In this document: positions 1-11,208 of the stretch, in pieces
Layout of the letters: the number at the start of each line of letters is the position of its first letter
Numbering within the stretch: the first letter of the stretch is position 1
Source of the DNA: Trypethelium eluteriae
Lineage: Eukaryota
Direction of reading: 5' to 3'
Length of the DNA stretch: 61,477 nt
Assembly: GCA_051942245.1 (NCBI GenBank)
Contig: JAVECL010000076.1
Location: 1-61,477 of the forward strand
Position numbers and translations under genes: made by a program
The notes under the pieces: generated by a model
What the model was told of the DNA's origin: nothing
Seen by the model: only the letters and a program-made list of their open reading frames with translations
Databases searched by the model: none

Positions 1-1
1 C

Positions 2-577
2 TCCCCCCTCGCCGACGCCACCCTCCTCGACCTTGCCCGGAACCCGCCCTCCAGCGCCAACACCTCCTTCTCCGCGCACCTCGAATCCGACACCTCCGGC
101 CCAACCCCCTCAAAAGCCCGCATCAGCAGCAGCAGCGACAGCAACAGCCAGTACTGGCACATCGTCTACGCCTTCCGCATCTCGCGCTCCGACTTCCGCG
201 GCGCAGCCGAGGCGCTCTGGGAGTGGCTCGACCGTCTCCGCGCGTCGTCGCGCAGGGCGGGCGTCGGTGCCCCGCGCGAACAGGAGATCATCAGTCGCGT
301 CTTCTTGCTTCTGATCAATGCGCTCGCGTGCGTGCAGCCGGAGCAGGCGTGGTTGTTGGCGGAGGCGGAGGGGTCCAAGCGGCCGCCGGGGTTTGCGGCG
401 CCGGGGTTGGCGCTGGGGATGAAGGGGAAGGTGGCGAGCGAGAGGAGGATCCTGACGTTGGAGGATGTGAGGGCTGAGTATGCGATGTGGTTGGATCGGG
501 TGGCGGCGGTGGAGCAGGGCAGGTTTGCGTTTGTGGAGGGGGAGAGAGATGGCGATGGGGATGTGAGTATGCTTTGA
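2..577 (+). CDS. Nucleoporin Nup120/Nup160 family, C-terminal fragment (5' end outside window)
   Basis: Frame open from base 2 to TGA at 575-577: YWHIVYAFRISRSDFRGAAEALWEWLDRL...LLLINALACVQPEQAWLL...RRILTLEDVRAEY..LDRVAAVEQGRFAF, matching the recalled fungal Nup120/160 C-terminus. Confidence 0.75.
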   Translation, partial: SPLADATLLDLARNPPSSANTSFSAHLESDTSGPTPSKARISSSSDSNSQYWHIVYAFRISRSDFRGAAEALWEWLDRLRASSRRAGVGAPREQEIISRVFLLLINALACVQPEQAWLLAEAEGSKRPPGFAAPGLALGMKGKVASERRILTLEDVRAEYAMWLDRVAAVEQGRFAFVEGERDGDGDVSML

Positions 578-1180
578 TGGCGGGCTGCTGAAAAGTCATG
601 TGCTCGTGGTTTCCTGGTGTGCTTGTCCGTTGTGGTGGGGGGGGCATATGCGAAATGGTTTGCTGAGCTTCAGCGTGGCGTTAGACTATAGGGGAGGGAA
701 AGCGCAAAGCTCGTAAGCTTTGCTATGTAATTCTAGATTTGACTGTGTCCAATTAGCTGAAGCTTTAGCTGAATGGCAGTCGTCTTTGACTGCCCGCGGG
801 CTCCCGTGGAATTTCAATCCTTGACATATTCTGAGGGCTTTTCAAAGAATTATCTGCTGCACGGCATCGATGTACAGAGTCAGCTCTAGTTGTCATATTG
901 ACTTACAGACTACAACGGCCCTATGCCGGACGAGCTTGTCTACCAGTAACCATAGGGTCCCTTCAAATAATCGAACCTCTCGTCAAGGTTGCAATGGCTC
1001 CTCAAAATCTGTCCAAGTAACCCACAATCACGCTGAACATGCGTCCTCGTGCAACGCAGCATTCGCCTATTGTCAAGCAAAGAATGTTCGTTGATGGCTT
1101 CCAACCTGACTGCCGCAATACGCTGACATACCCGTCTCCACCTTAATTGTCTGTTGCATTATTGACTCACCATTGGTCAC

Positions 1181-2134
1181 TCACTTCCTATAATTTGCGA
1201 ATAACAGCCTCCCTTGAGTCGGCATCCCCCACTTGTTATGCTCATACGAAAAATCTTTGTCATCAAACGAAGCATCTATTGTCCACTCTGTCCCTGTCTT
1301 CTTCCCGATCTCCTCCCACATCTTCGTCCAGCTCTCCACGTTGTGCCAATAAGTTGTCGTCCCATCCTTCTTCAGATGCGGAAACTCACCTGGCTCCGAG
1401 TTCCCTAATTGCCTCCCTAACACCATCGCACCCTGTTCAGGTTTCATCAACGTAATTAGATTTGAAGCCAGGATGATCTGCTGGTCCCAGTTGAAGAGAA
1501 TGAAAAATGACGCTGCATAAACAATACTCACGCCTCCTCCGAGAGTCTGGATTAGAGAGTTTGACGGAGTTTGGAACAGATCTGCGGTCGCGAACGTGGA
1601 TTGTAGCTTGTCGCGATCGAGAAAGAGCTGATAGCCCAGGTGGATGAACGCGTTGTCAATGTCGAGGCCATAGAGCCGGGATGCAGGTGCGCCGTCGTAG
1701 ACGAGTTTACGAATGTCGTGGCCAAAGCAGCACCCGAGGTCGAGGAAGGTCTCCGTTGAAGATGGAGACGTGAGGCGCGAGAGGACTTCGGAATAGTGAG
1801 GGTTCTGACTGAGGCTGAAGTTGAGGAAGCGACAAGAGCCAATGCAGGCGAAAGGCATGTTCTGAAATGCGCGGTCTCGCTAGAGTCGTTAGCAGAGCAT
1901 TACATACTCGAATGATCGATAACAACTGAGAGAATCAGATATAGAAGATTTGCAAACACCTACTACTTCACCGACATGCTTGTTGACTTCTTCTGGCGCA
2001 AGACCGCTGTATTTCTCAAAGACTTCCCTGGCAGCCCCTTCCACCTGAACGTCTTTAACATACCATTGCTCGTGCGAGACATCTACATTCTTCTTGAAGT
2101 TGTCGCCTTTGAAGTATGAGCCGCTAGTAGCCAT
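1181..2134 (-). CDS. SAM-dependent methyltransferase, Trt5/AusD/Atr3-like (copy 1), 2 exons
   Basis: Exon 1 2134-1964, intron 1963-1880 (GTAGGT...CTAAC...TAG), exon 2 1879-1181. Joined: REVFEKYSGL..HVGEV|RDRAFQNMPFACIGSCRFLNFSL; SAM motif FLDLGCCFGHDIRKLVYDG; GRQLG and HNVESWTKMWEE family motifs. Confidence 0.85.
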
Positions 2135-3329
2135 GCCGAGCTCACAATTTATTGGCAGTATGGAGTTTAGCAGGTGAGAATAGCGAGACTAGTCTGGTTG
2201 CAGAGCAGGATCGAAACAGTCTTGGATTAACAATACTGCTGGACGTTAGAAGACGCGATTCAGCTCCATGTCATTCGCGATACGTCTCGCCGCCCCATCT
2301 GCACCACCCCAGTAGATGCACACCGAATAGAGCGGTACGAACAGGCTAGAGAAGCTATATTCTAGTGCCAGTCGGATTCGGCGGAAGCCAGGACACCACC
2401 AACACAGTGAACAGGCGAACATTACCTTAGTTTCTTCGCCCCGTTCCGTAGAGTACCCGTCCCGCTGCATGGAACGTGCACTTTGACATCACAGCTTGGG
2501 CATGCATGCTATCAGTCCAGGTGGTTCTCAAATATACGACTTATGTCTCCGATGAATCGGCGTTCAGGACCTTTGACCAATGAGAATCCGCGTACACGGA
2601 GAGCTGAAGACGGTCAGATCAGTCTCCCAATGATCCCGGGGCCCCGGATCAAGCATCGCTTTGGCCTCGAAGTCCAGGTGTCCCCTTTGCGATTCTAACC
2701 CGAGTCTATTCCACAAGCATCGCAGCACGCGCCCCAACGATTCTTCAGCTACTAGGCTTATCTGCAGGCCATGACTGTTCGCTATGACCGTTCGCTGAGG
2801 TATGCCCTTGCAGAAGTTTCTGACTTGAGGTGAGAGACTAGGGTAGGCGGCCCCGATATTTCAGTAAATGGCCCCCACTCTTGGCATTCTAGGTCCTACA
2901 GCAAGACCCTTTGTTGGGTATGAGCCGCAATAAGCGGCAATGAATGTGACTGTGTCGCAGTAGGGACGTCGGCTCCTGCATACTATTATTCCAGTGTACA
3001 TCTTCTATCGTACGTCATAAACCCCCCTTGGAGTAGGGTCTTCACCATGTAGTGGAGTTGATTGGTCTGTCGATCAGCGCACAGATCGGGTGCTTACCAC
3101 CTCATGCAGTCGGAGACTGTATGGATTTGTTTTCCTGAGGCAAGACATCCTAGGGTGCTAGTCTGGCTGTGACCTCGAAGTCGAGGCATCCTTAGAGATG
3201 GTTTTGCTTATCCACATTGTTCATGGGCGTCAATTCTAGTATTTGTTGGAACCACTCGGCCTCCGAGATTCTTGTGGGTCTTTTCAAAATTAATTTTGCG
3301 TTCTTCACGTAATACAAAAGTTTCCTGCG

Positions 3330-4879
3330 ATGAATCCTAGCTCCCCAGCGTACCAAAGCCAGCTCGCGCACATAGATCAGGACAAAGGACCACGAACGAT
3401 TAGTGCTAGCGGCATTCTGATTGGAATCACCACGATAGCTGTCACTGGACGCTTAGTCGCTCAGCGTTTAGTGAAACCTTCGCTTTTGGCTGATGACTAC
3501 TGCGTCATTATTGCGCTGGTAGGAAGTTTGCACTGTTCTAATGAGGGCTACTGATTTATGTGAAATAGGTACTCTGCATTGGGCTCTGTATAGATTTGAT
3601 ACTATGTAAGTCCAAGTCAACAGTCGCAGCTCCAAACTGAGTGCTCATATGTACAGGTGTACACTATGGCCTTGGTAAACATGTTGTCGCTGTCGAAAAA
3701 GAGGATCCCCATCCGCCCCTACGACTTATCAATATCTTTAAAGTAAGCTATGATTTCACTAACCAAGCTATGAAAATGATCTTCTGACCTCTTGCTTCAG
3801 ACTGGATATTCTATGTCTGTTGTCAATATACCGGCGCTTTTTGTTGTCAAGCTCTCACTTCTACTCTTCTATCGACGAGTTTTCACGACTCATCAGAAGA
3901 AAATTAAGTGGACGTTCTGGTTACTGATATTCTACATAACTGCCTGGGTTATCGCTTCTCTGGTTGTCTTCCTCATGCAGTGTATTCCAGTTCGATACTT
4001 CTGGGATCGATCATACGCCCTTATTGGGCAGAAACCACCAGTCACTGGCTGGTGTCTCCCCAATGTCCTCCACCAAGCTGCGGTCGGCATATTCAACACA
4101 GTCTCCGATCTCCTGATACTGGTCTTTCCCGCAATCGCGCTGTGGCCCTTGCGAATGCCGAGGATGAGGAAGCTAGGGCTTTTCTTCATCTTCTCTCTTG
4201 GAGCTTTGTGAGTTATCATAGATAGCGCTGATGTAGAAGTCTAGTCTCTGACTTCAAATAGCGTTTGCGCAGTCAGTATCGTGAAGATATGTTATGCGTT
4301 CGCAGTCAACAATAGCGAGGATTCGAGCTGTAAGCGTCTCTATCACCTCCCATTAACCCATAACAGCATTCTACTCCAGCCACTAACCAATGATGCTTGA
4401 CAGACATCAACAACGAAATTCTCCTCTGGACTGTCGTAGAGCCTTGCATTGGCCTAGTCTGCGCTTGTATCCCCTGCATGATGCCACTCTCCCAAGTCTT
4501 TACCAAAGGACCCCGCAATGCCTTCAGACAGCGCTACGGCAAGAGCTTTAGCGGTGGCACTTCCTCAACTCAAGCCACTATTAAACGCCCCTTTCCCAGT
4601 AGCCGTCGCTTCAAATCCTCCCACGATGATGTGGACCACATTCTTACCAAACCGGTGGGCTATGAGGACTTGGAGCTGCAGGGGGTTGAAGGAGGTGCTC
4701 TTTATTCTAAGGATGATATAAATGCGAACTCATTCGAGGGGAATAAGCAAGTACCCGTGGTAATGGGTGGAACAAATCAGATTGTTGGGGGATGGAGATC
4801 GGGTGATCCGAATGAGGTTCCAGAGGGCACCATTAGGAGGGATAATGGAGTTCAGTTAACGTTCGAGAATGAAGAATGA
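3330..4879 (+). CDS. PTH11-like / fungal rhodopsin-domain integral membrane protein, multi-exon
   Basis: Hydrophobic helices with family motifs LADDYCVIIAL, YGLGKH, VKLSLLLFYRRVF, QCIPVRYFWD, SDLLILVFP, LWTVVEPCIGLVCACIP; several short GT-AG introns (starting near 3519, 3606, 3743, 4208, 4330). Confidence 0.85.
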
Positions 4880-5428
4880 GCCACACAATCAGGCTTGGAA
4901 AATTGATGCTCTTGAGCACTAAGGGATTTGTTTAGTCATGAAATTTATGAGAGTGTTCTGCATAGCCAGAGCCATCTCAACGTCTTCCGCCGAGGTACAT
5001 GAAATCCAGGATGCTTCTGGGGTACGTCAGGTGAATTGAGCAGTCAGTCGATACGGAAGATCATACTTTCGGCATGTACACAGCCGCACAGATGGTGGCT
5101 GAGCTAAGACGAAGGGGCGCTGGTGCCTGACCCCAGTGTTTCCGCATTTGCGAGCTTCTCCGGACCCATGGTGTCATTATTATTATCCCAGTCGTTGCGT
5201 GAACAAGAATGCCGTGAGCAGGCCGTGCATAATATGTGGGGCTCCATTGCAGGGACAATGGCTAGTCTTGCCACTGAAACCTTTCCGCATTCGTTGTTGG
5301 AAGAGAACAAGGAATATATCAGGCTCTCAGTGCCTGTTGAGCGACGAAAGTAAAGACTGACTCAAGACAGTAAGGTCGTGCACGTCATTGGTACCGTAAT
5401 ATCTGGATTTGGTCGTCCTCAGATAAAG

Positions 5429-6574
5429 ATGTCTGTGACTACAGCCAAATCTCACCAACATGCGGAGGAGTCGTATTCCTTTGACACCTCTAAATGGTGG
5501 TATGAGCTTGAAGAAATCCCCAAGCCTACTCGAGAGGTCTTTGAGAATTACTCGAATATCGCAGCCGAGAAAGTTCTACCACATGTCGAGGAGCTGGTAC
5601 GTGCCCGAAAAGCTTATTTTACATTTTGCTTTCTCAACGCCCTTCCACGTTGTGGGAGAGTACTTGCAGGACAAAATTGCGAAGGCAGATATGGATTCGA
5701 CATGAGACAAGAAGAGATTATGCTGATACTTATCTACTAGCGGATCCGAGCCTTCAAGGTCTTCCCATACCCATGCATTGGCGAAAACCGCTTCTTAAAT
5801 TTGACGCTGAGCCGCCATTTTTTATATCCAAAAGTTTTATCGATCCTTCGCCAGAACTCATTGCAGCATGCACCCAAGCTCTTAGACGTTGGCTGTTGCC
5901 TGGCCCAAGATTTACGAAAAATCGTTTACGATGGCGTTCCTTCGGAAAATGTTTACGGCCTGGATAGAGATTCTCGGTTCATCGAACTGAGTTTCGACTT
6001 GTTCCTCGACAAGGAATCTTTGAGAAGCAGATTTGTAGCCGCGGACTTGATGGCAGGCTCGACAGAGAACGCCGACGACGACCGAAAAGATGAAACGCAA
6101 AACGGCGCTAATGAACAGGACACTCGCAATCCGTCATACTACGCTGCACCTTCTGGTACATTTTCGTCTCGGTTCGTTCCCATGGAGAGCTTATATGGAC
6201 AAATGTCTGTCGTGGTAGTCAATTCCTTTTTTCATCTGTACAATTATGACGAACAAAAAGAGCTCGCGAAACGCGTCGTCCGCTTTCTTCGCCCGCAATC
6301 TGGGTCTCTGATTCTCGGTCGTCAAGTCGGAAGTAGTCAGCCGGGCCACTTTGATTCGATCAGCGACAAGAACAGTGGTGCGAAGAGATATGCGCATAAC
6401 ATTAAATCTTTGCGTGATTTCTGGAACGAAGTGGCTGATGAAATTGGCGGGGGTTGTAAGTTTCGCCTTGAGGCGACAATGGATTTCGAGGAATTGGGAA
6501 GGAATCTGAGTCAGGGACAGAGTTGGGCAGAGCCGAACATTGCCAGGCTTTTGTTTGGGGTTTGGTGGGAGTAG
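5429..6574 (+). CDS. SAM-dependent methyltransferase, Trt5/AusD/Atr3-like (copy 2), 2 exons
   Basis: ATG 5429, intron 5597-5740 (GTACGT...CTGAT...TAG). Joined: REVFENYSNI..HVEEL|RIRAFKVFPYPCIGENRFLNLTL; LLDVGCCLAQDLRKIVYDG; SFFHLY; GRQVG. Confidence 0.85.
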
Positions 6575-6712
6575 ACTGTCAGTTCGATACTTGACAAAAC
6601 AGCGGAAACGAAGAAAGTCTGATCGCATTGATACGATCAATTCGTGATTCAGAAACCTGAATTCAACCTTATAGCTGGAACAGCTACAAGATATCGAGTT
6701 GCGAAACTAATG

Positions 6713-6715
<3 letters not shown>

Positions 6716-6744
<29 letters not shown>
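6716..6744. repeat. Poly-T homopolymer (29 nt) between convergent genes
   Basis: Uninterrupted T run read directly from the sequence. Confidence 0.95.
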
Positions 6745-6749
<5 letters not shown>

Positions 6750-6770
6750 GCAAGGAAAGACATTCGAACA

Positions 6771-8184
6771 TTACAAAGAGCTCACTCGAAGGCTTGGATC
6801 ATCAATCCATTTCCTCACATGAGTTGCAATCTCAAGATTGTTTTTTTCCATGAAGAAGAAATGTGCGTTTCCATGGATCCCTGCTTCAGAAAGGTTGTAA
6901 TATTGTGCATCCACCCCACCTTGTTGGAGGTATTTGACTGTGCAGTAGTCAAAGCCAGCATGAAAGCTGGCTTCGCTCGTAACGATCAACATCGGGACTC
7001 CTGCAAGATGATCAAGCCGCTTCGGGGGGCTACTCTGAAGAAGGCAATCGGTTAGACCAGGAGCAGCTGGGGCGTGATCCTCGAACGGTAGATGGACTGT
7101 TGTCTGATTGCTCACAGGAGGATCATAGGTAAGTGGTATGCTGGTCAGGCCATAAGGCAGAACGATAGCGGTACTATTGCTTATGATGCGTTGCTGGAAG
7201 GGTGGACCTTGTGGCTCGAGCAAGACCATGGACTTTACAAGATCAGGGCGGGCATCCGCGATGAGAAAGCCGAGAGGCCCGGCTTGCGAGTGCGCTATTA
7301 TGTGCGCAGCTCCAACACGATCTAAGAGGGCTGCACCACCTGCTTGATTTATCCTCTGCACTTCCGTCTGAAGGAATCATCAGTGTGTGTAAGAAGGGAA
7401 AATGGCCTGATTCAATGTTACATACTGAATCGTTTTGGAATTGTATTTGTGATGCATAGAACTGATCAAAGATTGGATCACCCTTCTGTCCAGCCTAGAC
7501 AACGGAGTTAGCAGAGGTACTTTCGACAGAGTTTGAGTCAATGAGCCAACATACCCCGGGCCATTGTGTATGCAGGTGTGCCTGTGGCCACTGGTCATAA
7601 TGTTGTACTCCAGTGAAGAGCTCAGAAATTTGCTCTGCTGAGTAGGTAGCCAGGGTCCCATCTCCTGGCATGTAGGGAGACCGACCGCGCTGGGGTTGAT
7701 CAACTATGTACACCTCATAGCCGTGTCGTAAAAACCATGATGCCCATCCCTCACGTCCATCGGGAGTGTTCAGCCAGTTCTAGTAATTTCAGGGAGTTTT
7801 AGCTTTGCTCCAGAGTCTTGGGATGCCTCAATACGAAGATGATGAGAAGTGTTTGACTGACCGTGCCCGTTTGTGCCTGTCCATGAATGAAAATTATTGG
7901 TTCGGACCGCGAAGTACCGGCGACAGGCGTAAGTCTCTCGACATACATCTGGTCTGTGTAGACATCTGAGTCGGTACCATCCTGCAACAACATTTAGAGT
8001 CATCGCTAGATGCATGCGCAGTCGGCCATCTTACAGAAAGATAGTGACCACCCACATAAAAATAGGTGCGCGATGAAGGGAACTCTATTGGCTCCGAGGC
8101 ATTGGTGCCGGCTCCAAAGTAGGGCAACCCAATGCAGATACCAAGAAGAAAAGGCATAAACCACATACGGAAGTGAGACCGCAT
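6771..8184 (-). CDS. Secreted alpha/beta hydrolase (esterase/lipase-like), multi-exon
   Basis: Signal-peptide-like start [20 protein letters not shown]; motifs [51 protein letters not shown], nucleophile elbow [20 protein letters not shown]; short GT-AG introns. Confidence 0.85.
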
Positions 8185-9035
8185 ATTGCCAAGAGAAAAT
8201 TGCTAGGGTTGGGAGTACATGCAGTACCGGGGAAGAGCTTCACTGGAGGGTTGCCTGCACATGTCAGCTTATAATAGTCGGGACGACGAACAAAAGCAAG
8301 CAGAAACTAAGGTGCTTGAGTGTTTGCAGTCTCCACGCCAGGTTTGAGTCGTCCAAATGCAGGTTTAAGGTCCGGGGGCGCATACCTAATGAGATAAGCG
8401 GCTGAGACCATCCGTTTGGAGTAGAAGACGGAGGCACGTATGAAATGCGGCTTCCTGAGACGCCAGAGACAATCCTCTGGGCGCACTGATAAACATCACC
8501 GCTGGACGGGTTGACGGAGGATGTAGCCGGAAAAACGGATCAACGACAGGTATTGTACAGCAACTTCATGCGGCCAGCATCTCCCGCTTCCTCCAGTGGA
8601 GATGCTTCAGCCTGGGGGTGCTAGGTAATGAAGTGAATCGCACATGAGGACTTCTGGCGAATCAAGACTGAGGAGGATTTTAGGATCCCCATCGTCGGGG
8701 AAAGATCAGCCACTCTAGGTACTTTTTGGGTGAGAGCGCGCTAATGCACATTGTAGACATTCCTCATCAGACGTAGTAATCTGCTGGTAGACAAAACTTT
8801 GGCGACTTCTCCCATCACGCTAAGGTAGGGTCGGGTGCAAGGGCGTTGCACCTGCACCTGCACACTCTACACTCGCTATCGTAAGGTACTTGGACTGTCG
8901 CTTGTTGGAACTTCATGACTTTCCTACGCTCGACTCCATCTCCTTAAACCATGTCGCACATGTCTGGATGGATATAAACCATCTAATTCTTATCTTACAG
9001 CTTCGAACGCATTATTGCGCGATTCTGCTCCTTGT

Positions 9036-10747
9036 TCACCCCCTCCACATTCTTGCCGACAAACATGTCTTGAGGCCGCCAGATCTTGGGTCGTCGGCCT
9101 GATAAGTTTAGTGACTTAGCGAGGCTTCACATTTTTCGGATCGAGAGCTTACCCATTGCAGCGAGCCAGTGTGCCATTATCCCGGACGACCTTCCAAGTG
9201 CCATAAGCGGTATTAGTATAGCAGGCTCGAAGCCACTACTCACCAGTCAACGTCAGCCATCAAGTGAGAAAGTCAATCTTCGTGTGATTGCGACTGCAAC
9301 CAAGCCCAATGTGAGAAGAGCAGAACGGCTTTAGCCAGACTGCAGGTATCCCACATGCGAAAGAGGAATCTGCCTGTAGGAGCCATTTGAGCGAGATCTA
9401 TGCTCTTGCTACGTACAGTCTCCAGTCGTTACGGAAATGGAATGATACTCACAGTGCTGCAATTACCAGGCTCGCATACAGATCCGCATTCACAGACAGG
9501 CCTCTCGAGAGAAAGTACTCATCTTCCTTCGCCATACGATCGACTTCACGAGCGACATCAGCAAGACCGTTTGGTCGAACGTTTGGGTCCCGTGAGAGCT
9601 CTTCCAGTATTGCCTTGTAGTGCTTTGCTCTAGGATCCTCCGTTTTGTAAACGCGATGTCCGTAGCCAAAAAGACGTTCTTTACCCGCTTTGACCCTCTC
9701 CATCATTTCAGGTACCCGATCAGGAGTCCCGATACGCTCGAAACTCTTGTACGCCATGTCTATTGCGCCAACATGCAATGGACCACCCATTGTGGCCGCA
9801 GCTGCGACAAAGCTGGTCAACGGGTCCGCTAAGCTCGAAGCTGAGTGCAGGAAAATCGATGTACTATTTGACATTCCATGCTCCGCATAGAGAATGGCTA
9901 TCTTGTTCAGCTTTCGGACAACACCAGCATAGCTGTTGTCATTCTGGTCAGAACCAAGGTTCATCATCAACACTACATTCTCGATCAACGATTTTTCAGC
10001 TTGTGAAGTGCCAATGCGTCTATCATGGCAATGACAATAGGTCAAAGCAAACGCAGCAGCGACTGCTCCCATCGTTCTAGCTACTTCGCCTTTGGCGTGA
10101 TCGCTATCTCCAAGCGAGAGAACTTTGCCGACTGCGATGGGGATATGGTGTGGATCAGAAGTTGCCCATGCCGCAAGTATCGCAAACCATACTGTATAAG
10201 CAGGAGCATCACGTCTAGGGGAATGTCAGGTAGATTCAACTCTAATCTCGTGCTGACTCACGGGTAAGAGCTAACCACATCCAAGACTCTTTGAGGAGGT
10301 CTCATAGCCAATGCTAATTCCGATCGGAAATGCCTTTTCTCTTCAAAACACGGTAGATGACCCCAGATAAGAAGGAAAGCGACCTCGTCAAAGTCATTCT
10401 GAGCATACAGTTCGTCCAAGGAATAATTTCTGTATTGAAGCGTTCCTTTTTCGCCATTACTGAGACAGTCAGTGGGCAAACCCACGCTCTTCGCATGCAT
10501 CATACATGAAACTGATCTCTGACTCTTCAACGCAGGTATTCTGATACCCGGGATCATACACTCGTAGACCTCTTTCGGCTTGATCTGCTGAAGCTGAAGA
10601 TCCATTCAGGGCCTTGATTGCTACCAAGTCTTTGGCTCGAATAGCATTGTGTATGATGGGTATATCGTATGACCTGCCAGAACGTTTGTCAACAACATGG
10701 AGTGCGTTCTGACTTTTTCGGTCTTTGGAAGGCGAAGTGCTGCTCAT
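9036..10747 (-). CDS. Citrate synthase-like protein (secondary-metabolite alkylcitrate synthase type), 5 exons
   Basis: Spliced model (introns about 10505-10460, 10261-10215, 9452-9238 and one near 9150-9100): GLRVYDPGYQNT, GTLQYRNYS, FLLIWGHLP, YAEHGMSNST, GPLHVGA, LFGYGHRVYKTEDPRAK, NADLY, RSSGIMAHW, IWRPQDMFVG; stop at 9036-9038. No mitochondrial presequence evident. Confidence 0.88.
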
Positions 10748-11208
10748 GTTGATCGTGAATGACGAAATAAGTCTATGTATTGGACTCTGCTTATAGAGTC
10801 AAGGATTGATTGGACTTATGTGGCATGCAGGTCTCTCCACGAGGCTGAGACAATGCTAAGCAGGGCATACTCGGGATGGAATTCGGCTGTGGATCGTGAG
10901 TATAGACGAAGGGAGGTACACAAGTCTGCATCTCTCATGTACTGTGATATGGTGGGGGCCGAAGAACCAGATGTGCCAAGTACTCCAATTACCGCAAGTA
11001 ATTGAACGAGCCCAGGCAACAGTATCACGCGTGAGCAACCTAGGTTTGCATGCGTTATGGGGCTAGTAGTGATACATCGCGCAGACCCGAGACCAAGATT
11101 CTTCTTCTAAACATATAAGAATGCTTTCCATTGCATTGTCATTCATCTTTGATATGTTCACAACCGGTGTTATTGCCAATTCCACCTACACCGTTCTCGT
11201 CAGACAGT

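Noticed and set aside
3256..3266. AflR-type TCG(N5)CGA site upstream of the PTH11-like gene
   Set aside because: Single short match, not noticed in other cluster promoters, and no Zn2Cys6 gene in the window.
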